Source: a virus
Lineage: Duplodnaviria; Caudoviricetes
IMG/VR virus record: IMGVR_UViG_3300032093_000005
DNA length: 64,000 nt
Reading direction: 5' to 3' (one strand)
Below the pieces are notes generated by a model that worked only from the letters and a program-made list of their open reading frames with translations, ran no database searches and had not been told where the DNA came from. Below, in pieces: positions 49,017 to 59,883 of the stretch (positions are counted from its first letter, which is position 1; each line of letters begins with the position of its first letter). The position numbers and the translations under genes are program-made.

Positions 49017-49112
49017 AGCAGAAAACCGTCCCTGATGCGACTCAGTGGACGGTTTCCTAAGTGTCCTATGAAGCTTTAGATTCTCATCTTCAACCGGGAC
49101 AAAGGTAGTCTA

Positions 49113-49445
49113 CTAGGATTGTTGTTTTTTGTCAATATCTTCAGCAATTTTTTGAAATTTTGAATCCCAAGTTTCTTTATCAGCATCCCATTTACTTAGT
49201 GGGCATGAGTCAAGGATAATTTTTGCCTTTGCAGGAACATAGCATCCACATTCTCTGCAACGATTTTCTAATTCATCATACTTATCACAACCTTTGCATG
49301 TTTCAATTCTTTGTTTATAAATTTCGTCAGAAACAAAGAGAATTGCATCACGATTTTGAGTTATGTATTGAACTAATTCCCAAGAAAAATTAGCAAGATT
49401 TTTGGTTTGTTCTATAAGAGAAGGATAATTTTTATCTTCAGACAT
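49113..49445 (-). CDS. Cys-rich hypothetical protein
   Basis: RIETCKGC...CRECGC...CPLSKW. Confidence 0.7.
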   Translation of the reverse strand: MSEDKNYPSLIEQTKNLANFSWELVQYITQNRDAILFVSDEIYKQRIETCKGCDKYDELENRCRECGCYVPAKAKIILDSCPLSKWDADKETWDSKFQKIAEDIDKKQQS

Positions 49446-49471
49446 TGTTTTTATATTTCAACTAAAAATAT

Positions 49472-51013
49472 TTATTGTGGTTGATAAGATCCCTTTATAG
49501 TTGATGCATTTATTGATCCTGATATTGTATAATTTGATCCAACAATTGCCGATCCACCATTTCCTGCACCTGTAGCTCCTGTGGTGCCAGATCCAGATGT
49601 TGCCCAATCTCCACCAGAACCACCGGATTCTCCATTTGATCCACGAGTAGCACCACAAGTTGATGGGCTATACGACAAAGTATATTGATCAACAGAGGTT
49701 ATATAAATTCTTGCATTTGTATCATCTCCACTATTGTCTCTCAACTTAACACCATTATCTCTAATTAGAACATTTCTTGGATTTCCAGAAATTTGCACCA
49801 TATATGTCTTTGGAGATACATTAAAAGTATATCTTCTAATTCCATTTTTAAAATTCCATGAGAATATTTCTGCATACGCTGCAGTATTACCATCACGAAC
49901 TCTAATCGTATCGTAACATCTACCATTAGTATTTGGATTATCATTTGTATCAATTTCCATAGTAATTCGGGCAGATCCACTCCCAGTTACATTTAAGAAA
50001 GCATCATCATTATTTTCTGTCCAGTAATATCCGATAGATGATAAGGAATATCCAGCACCTGCAGGATCCGAACCAAGACCTCCAGGAGACCCTAATAAAG
50101 TTCCATCTTGATTATTATATCCTCTACCATATCCACCTGTTCCTCCATATCCACCTGCTCCAGCAGTGATTGTTGAATATTGAGTACATCGACGATACTG
50201 AGTATTTTTCACACATCGTTCACAACAACCCCAGCACCAATCGCAAGTAGATTGACAACAATTCCCACCCCAAGTTCCAGCATCATTATAACCACTACCG
50301 CAACCAGGAGCTCCGCCACATCCTTGAGTCGTATATTCATTATAACAAGATCCTGCGCCTCCAGGAGCACCTTGAGATCCTCTCTCACCTCCACCGCCGC
50401 CACCATATACTTGTGCCGATGGTCTTAATAAAACATTAACATTATTTCCACCGATGGGAGATAACGAAAAAGCGTTTCCACCATTCTCACCTCCAGGATC
50501 AGGTGCGCCATTACCAGTTCCACCTCCTCTTCCAGAAGCACCAAAAATTTGACCAAAAACATCAATTACCAAATTATGTGCAATTGTATTCAATATTGCA
50601 GATGGAGTAGAAGTATTTACAGATCCACAGATTCCATCAATAAACAAAAATTTTCTAATGTTCTTATTTAAATTATTATTCCAAGATTGATTTGAGATAT
50701 CAAGATTAAGTTCAGTATCACTTTGAGTAAGATAATAATATTTTACTGAATTTCTAAATTGTGATGTTTTCCAATTATTTGATGTTGAAATATTGGCATT
50801 TTCGGTAGAATCTGGAACAACTGGGTCTGTATTTGTTGTACTTATGATTCTTTTTAGTTCTGAAACACTAATTTGACCAGTATCACTATTAAATGTCTCA
50901 GTTGTAGAAGAGGTTTGTTTTCTCTGCTGAGCACGAAAATTAGATCTTAAAGAACTAAAGGAAATAGCACCTGAAGAGTAATAAGGACCAGCTTTTGATA
51001 CTGTTACTGCCAT
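49472..51013 (-). CDS. Gly-rich tail-fibre-associated protein with a Cys-rich insert
   Basis: SGAISFSSLR N-terminus, GGGGGG/GAPG repeats, late promoter at 51032-51038. Confidence 0.65.
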   Translation of the reverse strand: MAVTVSKAGPYYSSGAISFSSLRSNFRAQQRKQTSSTTETFNSDTGQISVSELKRIISTTNTDPVVPDSTENANISTSNNWKTSQFRNSVKYYYLTQSDTELNLDISNQSWNNNLNKNIRKFLFIDGICGSVNTSTPSAILNTIAHNLVIDVFGQIFGASGRGGGTGNGAPDPGGENGGNAFSLSPIGGNNVNVLLRPSAQVYGGGGGGERGSQGAPGGAGSCYNEYTTQGCGGAPGCGSGYNDAGTWGGNCCQSTCDWCWGCCERCVKNTQYRRCTQYSTITAGAGGYGGTGGYGRGYNNQDGTLLGSPGGLGSDPAGAGYSLSSIGYYWTENNDDAFLNVTGSGSARITMEIDTNDNPNTNGRCYDTIRVRDGNTAAYAEIFSWNFKNGIRRYTFNVSPKTYMVQISGNPRNVLIRDNGVKLRDNSGDDTNARIYITSVDQYTLSYSPSTCGATRGSNGESGGSGGDWATSGSGTTGATGAGNGGSAIVGSNYTISGSINASTIKGSYQPQ

Positions 51014-51030
51014 TACACTGAGTTTTTCCT

Positions 51031-52488
51031 TTATTTATGAATGGCGTTTATAATTTCTTTATGTGATATTCTTTGATTTTCTAATTTTTTAATTTTCGTA
51101 TATTCATAATGTTCTTTTGCAAATTCTAAAATCTGTTGTTTATTTCTTTTTGAATTTAAGAAATCTCGAATTGCATTTTTATCAAACATATTTAATCCGT
51201 TTGAAACTTGAATAAAATTATCAAGTGACCAAACAAATTTGGTTGAATTATTGCCTAGATTTTTAGCATCTAAAAACTCGTACTTACATTTTTCCTCAAA
51301 ATCTCTGACCCATTCAGTTTTATTTTCAGTCATGTATTTCCAAAAGTCAGAATCAAATCTATTTGTATTATAATGAAGACAAATAAAATCCACGATGACT
51401 TTATAAGCATTTAGGTTTATTTCATTAAATTTTTTTCTATTATATTCCAAGAAGGTTAAATTTGAATTTAAAGAAATAAAATCTTTAATTTGATTTATGA
51501 TAATGTGAATACCAGTAGACTCTAGCGGTTCTACAAATCCACTTGAAAGACCAATTGCTAAACAATTTCCAACCCATGCTTGATCATAATATCCAGGTTT
51601 ATAGTAAATAATTTTGTCTGTTTGCAATCTAACTCCAAATTTTTCTAATAGCCAACAATTATATTTTGTTTTTGCTTCTTCATCTGAAGTAAATCTGGAA
51701 GAATAAAGATATCCAGTTCCATATCGATTTCCAATTGGTATCTGCCATATCCATCCATTATCTGTCGCTTCTGCTAACGTGTAAGATGGCACTTCTTCAA
51801 AATCATATGGAATTTGTTGTGGAATTGCTCTGTCAATTGGCAAATAATCTGTAATGTCATTCCACTTTACCTTTAAGTTTTTAATTAACATAGAGTTAAA
51901 TCCAGAGGCATCAATATAAAAATCTGCTTTTACATTTCCACTATTTTTGAAATCTATACTTTCAATTTGATTATTTTCAATATTAATTTTTTCAGCAATA
52001 TCATCAATAAAATCAATCTCGTTATTCATCTTTCCAAAAATATAATTTGAAAATTCTTGTGTATCAATGTGCAGCGCATGACTATAATCAAAAGTTTTTT
52101 TTGGTAATGTAGATGTTGCTTCATTATAAAGTAGACCACCATTATAGCAATCGTTTAGAATAGAATAGATTGCACTTGATTGATCCGACTCCCCCCAAAA
52201 AGAAACTTCTTTAAATCCATGAAAATATTCTGTATTGGGAATCCAATTTTTAAAATTTATTCCTAATTTTACACTTACATTTAAGTCTCTAATTAAATCT
52301 TCAGTTTTTATTCCCAGAGAATTAAGGAATAAATGAATAATTGGTGTAGTACTTTCACCAACACCTATATTTTTTCTTTTGGCATCAAAATATAGAGAAA
52401 CTTGAACTTTATCTCCCCAATATTTTTTAATCATTGATGCTGCAATCAATCCAGAGGTTCCTGCCCCCAAAACAATAAATTTTTTCAT
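51031..52488 (-). CDS. Flavin-dependent halogenase (tryptophan halogenase family)
   Basis: GAGTSG, VGEST, VKLGINF (catalytic Lys position), WIWQIP, FVEPLESTG. Confidence 0.9.
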   Translation of the reverse strand: MKKFIVLGAGTSGLIAASMIKKYWGDKVQVSLYFDAKRKNIGVGESTTPIIHLFLNSLGIKTEDLIRDLNVSVKLGINFKNWIPNTEYFHGFKEVSFWGESDQSSAIYSILNDCYNGGLLYNEATSTLPKKTFDYSHALHIDTQEFSNYIFGKMNNEIDFIDDIAEKINIENNQIESIDFKNSGNVKADFYIDASGFNSMLIKNLKVKWNDITDYLPIDRAIPQQIPYDFEEVPSYTLAEATDNGWIWQIPIGNRYGTGYLYSSRFTSDEEAKTKYNCWLLEKFGVRLQTDKIIYYKPGYYDQAWVGNCLAIGLSSGFVEPLESTGIHIIINQIKDFISLNSNLTFLEYNRKKFNEINLNAYKVIVDFICLHYNTNRFDSDFWKYMTENKTEWVRDFEEKCKYEFLDAKNLGNNSTKFVWSLDNFIQVSNGLNMFDKNAIRDFLNSKRNKQQILEFAKEHYEYTKIKKLENQRISHKEIINAIHK

Positions 52489-52499
52489 AAAATTATAAA

Positions 52500-54284
52500 T
52501 TAATGGAAATCAGTCCACCCAACTCCAGTATATCCTTGAAATTTATTTGTATCCGTATTAAAAATAAATGCTCCAGCAACAGTTACTAAACCCACTCTTT
52601 GAGCAGTTGTTAGTCTTGGAGGTAACATATATGCTCTAGATCCAACGCCTTCACCGGGCAATAAACCTGGTGAAGATTTCCCAGCATCAGAAAAATCAAC
52701 TGCAGAACGAACCGCTGTTGTTCCTACACCTACACCTCCAGATCCTCTTATATAAAGTACAGAATTATATAAGTTTGTTGTTGCATTATATTGGACAATT
52801 GATTTTCCTTCTATATACAATCCCTCACCATTAGTGGTTGTAGTTCCAATTCCAACGTTATCACTAATAGTTTGCCCAGAAACTTTTAAAGCGACGGTAG
52901 GAATTTGTGCTGTTCCAACTCCTACATTTCCAAAAAGGGCAGTTTTTTCTCTAACATCTAGATTAGCAATTGGGATGGTTGTTCCAATACCAACACTATT
53001 AACAACACTCAAATTACTTGATATACCAACATTAAAGAATGTGGATATTCCAGATGTATTGCTAATATTTTTATTGTTAAGGATCGTTGGTAAATCAAAC
53101 GTTCCGGCTGATATTGTACCAAGTATATTTACATTTCCACTAAAAAATCCAGTTCCATTTGCATTAATTGTAACTCCAGTTCCAACTTGTAGATTTCCTT
53201 GTGGATCTGTATTCCCAATACCTAACCTTCCATCATAAGTTAGTGTCATTAATTCGACAAATGTTTGTCCATAGAACCAATTAAACCTACCAGTGCCAAT
53301 TCCCATAGGACCAGCATGTAAGTACATACTGAAATCACCAGTATCATTGTTTAAAATCTCAAGTGTCCTGTCTATATCACCAAATCTTAAAAGTGCTGTG
53401 CTTTTTCCTACTCCAACAGATTGACCAATACTAATTCTTGCATTTCCACTATTGGAAATAACTTCTAAGAGTGATCCAGATTCTTTTCTAATTTGCAATT
53501 CTGATGTTGGTAATGCTGTTCCAACACCAATTCTCCCAGAATTAAGAGCAGCAAATGCAGTTCCTCCAGTTCCAACATGAGATCTTGTAAATACTGTTGA
53601 TACTCCAGTTGTTGAAAATCCACTATTAATTGAATTGACTGTAATATCTGCTGTTGTTGTAATTGAAGATGCAGTTGATGCTATTCCAGTTAAATTTCCA
53701 TAAAAACCCGTTGTTGCTGTTATAATTCCAACATTAATATTTGATGGTAATCTTGCATTATCAATTGTTCCAGTTAATTGTGGAGCATTAAGACCAGTAA
53801 GACCAATACCAGAACCAGTGAAACTTGCTGCAGTTATAATTCCAGAATATGATGCATTTCCATTTGAATTAATTGTAACTCCAGTTCCAATTTGTAAATT
53901 TCCTCTTGGAATCGTAGTTCCTATACCAACGCTGAAGGATGTAGAAATTGTAGAATTACTGCTGTTTACATACCATCCATCAACAGCAATTGCATAGATG
54001 TCAGTTAATCCAGATGCACTTCCTGAAAATAATTCTGCTGTAACAACACCAGAAACTGATACATTTTGTGTTACACTCAAAATTCCTACTGTTGTAACAC
54101 CAGAAACATTTAGATCTTTTGTTACTGTAGCACCAGTAACTCTAGTATCGCCATAAACATTTAACAAATATTCGGTAGGAACGGAAGTTCCAATTCCCAC
54201 CAAACCATTTGCATTTACAACGAAATTATCATCATCAACTTGAACACCATTTCTAAGGTTAAATGACTTTCTATAATTTGCCAT
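52500..54284 (-). CDS. Tail fibre-like protein
   Basis: MANYRKSFNLRNGVQVD; repeated VGIGTT units. Confidence 0.8.
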   Translation of the reverse strand: MANYRKSFNLRNGVQVDDDNFVVNANGLVGIGTSVPTEYLLNVYGDTRVTGATVTKDLNVSGVTTVGILSVTQNVSVSGVVTAELFSGSASGLTDIYAIAVDGWYVNSSNSTISTSFSVGIGTTIPRGNLQIGTGVTINSNGNASYSGIITAASFTGSGIGLTGLNAPQLTGTIDNARLPSNINVGIITATTGFYGNLTGIASTASSITTTADITVNSINSGFSTTGVSTVFTRSHVGTGGTAFAALNSGRIGVGTALPTSELQIRKESGSLLEVISNSGNARISIGQSVGVGKSTALLRFGDIDRTLEILNNDTGDFSMYLHAGPMGIGTGRFNWFYGQTFVELMTLTYDGRLGIGNTDPQGNLQVGTGVTINANGTGFFSGNVNILGTISAGTFDLPTILNNKNISNTSGISTFFNVGISSNLSVVNSVGIGTTIPIANLDVREKTALFGNVGVGTAQIPTVALKVSGQTISDNVGIGTTTTNGEGLYIEGKSIVQYNATTNLYNSVLYIRGSGGVGVGTTAVRSAVDFSDAGKSSPGLLPGEGVGSRAYMLPPRLTTAQRVGLVTVAGAFIFNTDTNKFQGYTGVGWTDFH

Positions 54285-54301
54285 CTTATATGGTTTTTTA
54301 G

Positions 54302-57300
54302 TTATTTATCCGTAAGTTTTTGTTCAAGGTTTTCAACCTTCGCAGAAAGTTCCTTGATTGCTTCAACAAGAAGTGGAACGACCTTATGATAATCAACTGC
54401 CAAGTAACCATTATCTCTTGTTACAACCGCCTCAGGAAGAACTTCAAGAACTTCTTGTGCGATTACTCCAACATCATTTCCTTCCTTGCCAGACTTTTCA
54501 TTCCAAGTATAAGTATTACCACTAATGGAAAGAACTTTTGCAAGAGGATCATCAATTGGAGTAATATTATCTTTTAGTCTCTGGTCAGAGGTATAAAATG
54601 CAGTAATATCACCAGTTACATTTAAATCGGAATTGATTTGAGTTGTTGTATTAATTGCTACCTTTGATCCAGATACTGCACTTAATTTAAGATCTCCAGA
54701 TGATGTGTCAATTGTATTATCATCAGTTTGTGCTAATTTAATATTTCCAAGTTGAACAGTAGAACAATTTAATGTGCCATTAATATAAACATTTTTACCA
54801 ATTCCTACTCCACCAGAAATAATTAAATCCCCAGTTGTTGAAGAAGTAGACTCTGCTCCTTGTGTCAGTCTGACTGTATTATTAAATGTTGTTTGTGATT
54901 TTGCTCTAATTTCTTTATTAAATGTTACGGGACCATCAAACTGAGAAAGAACTTGTCCAGATGCACCACCTTCTACAAGTAATCTCTCTTTAATTGTAAC
55001 TTCATCAAATACGGCACTTAAACGATTAGGATTTTCACCAGTAACTGTTGGTTTTGGAATATCATAAGAAACAACCTCTCCACTTGCTGCAGATGTTTTG
55101 GTATTTCCATTATAAAAATCTCCAGAATTGTTCATTCCAGTATATACAACAATACCACCAGAACGTTCCTGAGAGTTCGCTAAAAAGTTTTCTTGATCAT
55201 TTAGTGTTTTAACCTGAACTTGTGGCAATCCAGTCGAATAGTTACCTGGACCATATCCAAGATATTCAAAGGTGTGCCCTGACGCACGAAGAATAGAAGG
55301 TCTTCTGAACTCAATTGCAATTGGATTAATTCTACGAATCAACGAGTTGACATCATGATTTTCTTGAACTGTTCCAAGAGATCCACGAATTACAGTTGCA
55401 GAAGTATCATTACCACTGCTGGTAATTCTCATAATTTCATTATCAATTTGAATATAACATCCAAGTGGCAATCTTTGTGCTGTTCCAATACCAGTATGAC
55501 TAATATTAATTGTGCTTCCTGTTGTTAACTCAGATGTTAAAATAAATGTTTGATTATCATAAAAAGAGACATTACGTGTTCCAAAATTTTCTCCATTTTC
55601 ATCAGAAATTGCATTATTTGAAGAAAGTCCATGTTTTAAAACATATCCATTTGTTGCCGAAATTGAAGAGTTTGTAAGTGCTGTAAATGTCGTTACACTT
55701 TCTCTCTTATCGACAATGTAATCTCCTATATTATTATTATTAGAATCAATTACACGGAAACGATTTCCAGAAAGAAGACCATGAGCATCGTAAGTTGTAA
55801 ATGTTGTAATACCTGCTGAGGAGTTGTATGCTGTCCCGCTAATTCTAATTGATGAGTTAACGACAAAAGCGTATTGTCCAGTTTGTATTGTTGGATCTCC
55901 AACAGTTTTAGCGATTGCAATTGATGTTGAAGATCCAATAGAAGTAATTCGATAATAACCATCTGTTACTGTTCCTGCACCGGTGATTTGAACAACGTCA
56001 CCAATGTTTGTAGAAATTCCTGATGTTGAGACTGTGTAAAGAGCACCACTTCCAGCACCAATTTTACTTTGATCAAAATATAGAGATCCAGCAGTATAAC
56101 CAGATCCAGGTGCCATAATTTCAACAGAAGTTACAATTCCACTACTCACAATTACTTTTGAAGTTGCACCACTCCATGAACCTGTTTGAGATCCATTAAG
56201 AAGTTTAACATTATAATATGTTCCATTTGTATAAGATGTTCCACCATTTGAAATTGAACCAGTTACAATTCCTGAAAGACCATGAAATCTTGCAAAAGTT
56301 AATGTTGCAATTCCAGAACTTGATTCAACAGAAGAAATTGTAAGAGCAACTCCAACATTTTTAAGAGAGAGATCTGTTGTTTCACGTGTAATACTTTTCT
56401 TTAGATCATTTGTCTCAACCGCACCAATTGGAGCACGTTTTGCAAATGTTTTTGCTGCTTGAGGGTTATCATTTACATTATCTCTATCTAATTGAGGATA
56501 TAAATCGACAGGTAATTGTCCATACTTAAGATTTGTAAAAAGATTTGCACTAATTGCATTACTTGAGTTTAAAACATATAAGTGATAAATTCCATCTTGT
56601 TGATTGAAAATATATGGAGAAATAATTTCATTTCTGTAAACAAATAAATTACTTTGCCAATCATTCCTTTCAAATCTTGGTAGATTTTGATCTCTAGTTG
56701 ATGTTGTATCTGTAAATGTTCCAGCAGATTGTGTTACGCCCGTAATTGTATTTGTTGTTGTATATCTAAAGGTATATGCATCAATAATATTAGATACAAT
56801 GAATCTACCATTGTATCCAGAATCAAATCTTCCCGTAGAATTTGTTGAACTTTTAACATTTCTAATTGTTACTACTTCACCAACTTGAACATTATGTGGA
56901 AGTTCAGTTAATACCGTAACTACATTTGAACTTTCTGAACAAGATGCAATCAATCTTGGATTTTTTAAATATGCATAATCAGTGCTTGCAATGCTAGTTC
57001 TTGTAAAATCAGTGTCAGTTCTAACACCTGTAGTGCTGGATTCTTGAAGAATAAATCCCGTTTCTGGATCTTTTGCGTTTGCAAATTCTTTTGGAATAAC
57101 AACTCTCAACTTATAAATTTTTTCGTCTAAACTTCTTTCATCAGAAATACGCTTCACATAAGCAAGATCTGTTGTTGGACCAAAAGTTATCGTTCCACCA
57201 ATACTCAATGCATTATAAATTTCATTGTTTTGATTAACGTGAATAAACCAGTTATTATTTTGACTATCAAATTGAATAGGTGATCCAAGTTCTCCAGATT

Positions 57301-59512
57301 CCCTGTCAGAAACTCTACTTAAAATGTGAAGATTTGTACCACCTACAACTTGAATTGGTTTGTTTTGAAGAGCATTTGTATACGATGCTGCAAGTTTTAC
57401 TGTATTATTATCTCCAGGATTAATTGCATAGTAAATTTGATGAGGATCAATATTTTCTGGCAAATCTCCATCATCACTTATGATTATGATCTTTTCACCC
57501 GTTAACAGATTGTTAGATCCAATTGTAAATGATGTCGTAAATCCAGTTGGAGGTGTAGTGGTTGCATCATAAAATTTAACAGAACTTGTTGTTCCTAATG
57601 CAGTTGTAAGTCCAGAAGAACTAATTGCATTATTACACATGTAAATATTTGCTTCACTAGTTCCAGTTCCCAAAGGAACGTATAACTTATCATTTAATTT
57701 TGCACCGATTCGATATCCTTGTGTAAGAGATGATGGGGCAACATTAATTGAGTTAAATCCAAAAAGATAAAGGTGACTTGAGATACCAACTTGAGTTGTA
57801 AGTCCTACGTTTAAAGATAACCACTCAATGTTATCTTCAACAGAAGAAACTGATCTTGGTGTGACTATAGAGGTAATAAAAGCTTTATTATCCTTATCAA
57901 ATGCTTCTTTTTTAAATCCAGAAGAATTTAATGAAATTTGACCAAAGTTTGAGTTTGAGTTTGTAATTGATGCATCACCACCAGTTTCTGCATCAAAATG
58001 CTTATTAAATCCAATTGCAAATACAGAAACAATTTGAATGAAAGCATCATTTGTAATTTTAATATGACTTGTTTCCCATCCTTGACGATAGATAGCGTCT
58101 GGATCTAAATGATAAACTCTATTTGTATCTGTTTGAGATGCTCCATTTGGAAGATCTCCACCAGAAACAGTAGTGTAATCAATTTTTTCATAAGATCTAG
58201 AAGATTTATTATATTTTGCAAAGGCACGATCATCCTTTTGAAGAGATACTGCAGTAAATTGTGCAACAACGGTGCTTCTAAATCCTGATGCTTTGCTACC
58301 ATCAGCATGAAGACCATTCATACCCCAGACAGAGCGTAATGAACAGTTAAAAATGTAAGGGGATGCGCCAGATACAGTATCAGTCTCAACTGTTACTGTC
58401 GCTCCGGCAGCACTTGGACTTGGAATTGTAGGAACTGTTGAAAGAAGGTAAGTAAATGATGTTGAACTTAAAACAGATTGAACAGTTGTTGAAACATTAT
58501 AAACCCCTACACCAACTCCTTTAACTTTAATTGGAGTACCTACGTTTAAACCATGCTCTGTTGTGGTTGTAACTGTAACACGTGCGTCTGCAACACTGCC
58601 ATTACCAGAAAATATTGAAGCAATTGTAATTGGATCTGAAGCAAAAGCACCGACAATTTGAAACTCTGGATCTCTCTTTGCAAAACCAAGAGGATTCGTT
58701 GGATATTTATCTTCTGCTTTAATTTCACGATATGCATTATAAGCATTTGAGACTTTGCTATAATACATATCAAGATCGGTGAGACCTGTTGCAGTTCCAC
58801 CAGCACCACCAATAGGCAATGTAATATTATTTACACCATCACAAAATTCAAAACAAGTTACTTTATGGTGTGAAAAATTAGGTGTTGAGCGATAGATTGA
58901 TGAAAAATCATCTGGATTTGTATATACCGTGCTACTTGCATCTGCATCAAAAATAGAAAATTGCCAAAAATAACAAGCACCAGTAATTCTAAAAATTGCA
59001 GATTTAGATACAGTATCATCTGTTGGATTTGGAACATATTTTGGACGAATTTTGGTCTTTCTTAAATCAAGACCAACAATAGAAGTTCCTCTTGGAACAA
59101 CAACACCACCATACCAACTATTAAACTTATAAAGAATATTATCTTCTTGTGCAAGATCAAAGTTTGAATTTAATCCAAGTGAAAAAACATTTGTAGCAGT
59201 ATCTTGACCACCAGATCGATTGACTGCTTTTGCTCCACTGTTATTATAAACTGCATATCCAGGTCTATTATCAATTAAATGCTCACCGGGAAATAGTAAA
59301 ATTGTGGTTTTTTCTACTAAATCATTATTATCTCCAGCAATATATGAGAATCTTGCCGCTTCTAATAATGCTCTTTGTATTGTTTTGAAAGGGCGAGCAA
59401 GAGAATTACCTTGATTCTCAATACTATCAGTTGAATCAAGATCATTTGGATTGACGTAAAGAATACGACCTTCTGTATTCTTGATAAAATTGTCAAGTTT
59501 ATTCAGACCCAT
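54302..59512 (-). CDS. Large tail fibre / virion protein with C-terminal S74 chaperone-peptidase
   Basis: PFKTIQRALLEAARFSY N-terminus; C-terminal SDQRLKDNI...GVIAQEV...VDYHKVVPLLVEAIKEL. Confidence 0.85.
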   Translation of the reverse strand: MGLNKLDNFIKNTEGRILYVNPNDLDSTDSIENQGNSLARPFKTIQRALLEAARFSYIAGDNNDLVEKTTILLFPGEHLIDNRPGYAVYNNSGAKAVNRSGGQDTATNVFSLGLNSNFDLAQEDNILYKFNSWYGGVVVPRGTSIVGLDLRKTKIRPKYVPNPTDDTVSKSAIFRITGACYFWQFSIFDADASSTVYTNPDDFSSIYRSTPNFSHHKVTCFEFCDGVNNITLPIGGAGGTATGLTDLDMYYSKVSNAYNAYREIKAEDKYPTNPLGFAKRDPEFQIVGAFASDPITIASIFSGNGSVADARVTVTTTTEHGLNVGTPIKVKGVGVGVYNVSTTVQSVLSSTSFTYLLSTVPTIPSPSAAGATVTVETDTVSGASPYIFNCSLRSVWGMNGLHADGSKASGFRSTVVAQFTAVSLQKDDRAFAKYNKSSRSYEKIDYTTVSGGDLPNGASQTDTNRVYHLDPDAIYRQGWETSHIKITNDAFIQIVSVFAIGFNKHFDAETGGDASITNSNSNFGQISLNSSGFKKEAFDKDNKAFITSIVTPRSVSSVEDNIEWLSLNVGLTTQVGISSHLYLFGFNSINVAPSSLTQGYRIGAKLNDKLYVPLGTGTSEANIYMCNNAISSSGLTTALGTTSSVKFYDATTTPPTGFTTSFTIGSNNLLTGEKIIIISDDGDLPENIDPHQIYYAINPGDNNTVKLAASYTNALQNKPIQVVGGTNLHILSRVSDRESGELGSPIQFDSQNNNWFIHVNQNNEIYNALSIGGTITFGPTTDLAYVKRISDERSLDEKIYKLRVVIPKEFANAKDPETGFILQESSTTGVRTDTDFTRTSIASTDYAYLKNPRLIASCSESSNVVTVLTELPHNVQVGEVVTIRNVKSSTNSTGRFDSGYNGRFIVSNIIDAYTFRYTTTNTITGVTQSAGTFTDTTSTRDQNLPRFERNDWQSNLFVYRNEIISPYIFNQQDGIYHLYVLNSSNAISANLFTNLKYGQLPVDLYPQLDRDNVNDNPQAAKTFAKRAPIGAVETNDLKKSITRETTDLSLKNVGVALTISSVESSSGIATLTFARFHGLSGIVTGSISNGGTSYTNGTYYNVKLLNGSQTGSWSGATSKVIVSSGIVTSVEIMAPGSGYTAGSLYFDQSKIGAGSGALYTVSTSGISTNIGDVVQITGAGTVTDGYYRITSIGSSTSIAIAKTVGDPTIQTGQYAFVVNSSIRISGTAYNSSAGITTFTTYDAHGLLSGNRFRVIDSNNNNIGDYIVDKRESVTTFTALTNSSISATNGYVLKHGLSSNNAISDENGENFGTRNVSFYDNQTFILTSELTTGSTINISHTGIGTAQRLPLGCYIQIDNEIMRITSSGNDTSATVIRGSLGTVQENHDVNSLIRRINPIAIEFRRPSILRASGHTFEYLGYGPGNYSTGLPQVQVKTLNDQENFLANSQERSGGIVVYTGMNNSGDFYNGNTKTSAASGEVVSYDIPKPTVTGENPNRLSAVFDEVTIKERLLVEGGASGQVLSQFDGPVTFNKEIRAKSQTTFNNTVRLTQGAESTSSTTGDLIISGGVGIGKNVYINGTLNCSTVQLGNIKLAQTDDNTIDTSSGDLKLSAVSGSKVAINTTTQINSDLNVTGDITAFYTSDQRLKDNITPIDDPLAKVLSISGNTYTWNEKSGKEGNDVGVIAQEVLEVLPEAVVTRDNGYLAVDYHKVVPLLVEAIKELSAKVENLEQKLTDK

Positions 59513-59544
59513 TTTTATTGATTTTAACTCTTATTATCTTCTAT

Positions 59545-59850
59545 TTAGTTAGTCAAATCTTCCTCATCATACTCATATTCTATCTCTTCTGGCATATCTT
59601 CAGGATTTTCTAACTCAACTGGAAAGAGACAGGGGTGTGCCTCCTCATCAATCAAGTAGAAAGAACTTCTATATAAATCGTCTGGTTCAAATGTGCGATT
59701 CTTATCTGCTTCTCTGCACAAATCTTGATCGTATAAGTGTCCCTCTGGCAACTCATCGAAGGTAAATGGAACAGAGTTGATAAAATACATCTTCACAATC
59801 ATACTGCCGTCATTGTACCAGCAGTATGCAGAATCTATACGATAAGACAT
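59545..59850 (-). CDS. Conserved hypothetical protein
   Basis: Start re-assigned to MSYRIDSAYCWY. Confidence 0.65.
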   Translation of the reverse strand: MSYRIDSAYCWYNDGSMIVKMYFINSVPFTFDELPEGHLYDQDLCREADKNRTFEPDDLYRSSFYLIDEEAHPCLFPVELENPEDMPEEIEYEYDEEDLTN

Positions 59851-59883
59851 AGGGGTTTTCCCATATCTTATATTTATTTTTAG

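Larger units (their letters stand above)
16897..49067 (-). promoter_or_regulatory. Dispersed family of 22-bp dyad elements (consensus about GTG[C/A]CA[G/C]T-N6-ACTG[G/T]CAC), 28-32 nt upstream of minus-strand -10 boxes
   Basis: Copies at 16897, 18008, 18625, 19152, 19899, 20426, 20944, 22563, 23035, 25160, 27317, 28548, 30830, 32614, 33275, 38991, 43305, 47865 and 49046 (each 22 bp). Gap to TATAAT/TATACT/TAGACT/TATGAT-like hexamer mostly 30-31 nt. The span is the range of the family, not one element. Confidence 0.85.

Noticed and set aside
49472-59512. Diversity-generating retroelement targeting the fibre genes
   Set aside because: No reverse transcriptase and no TR/VR-like duplicated segment noticed in this window.
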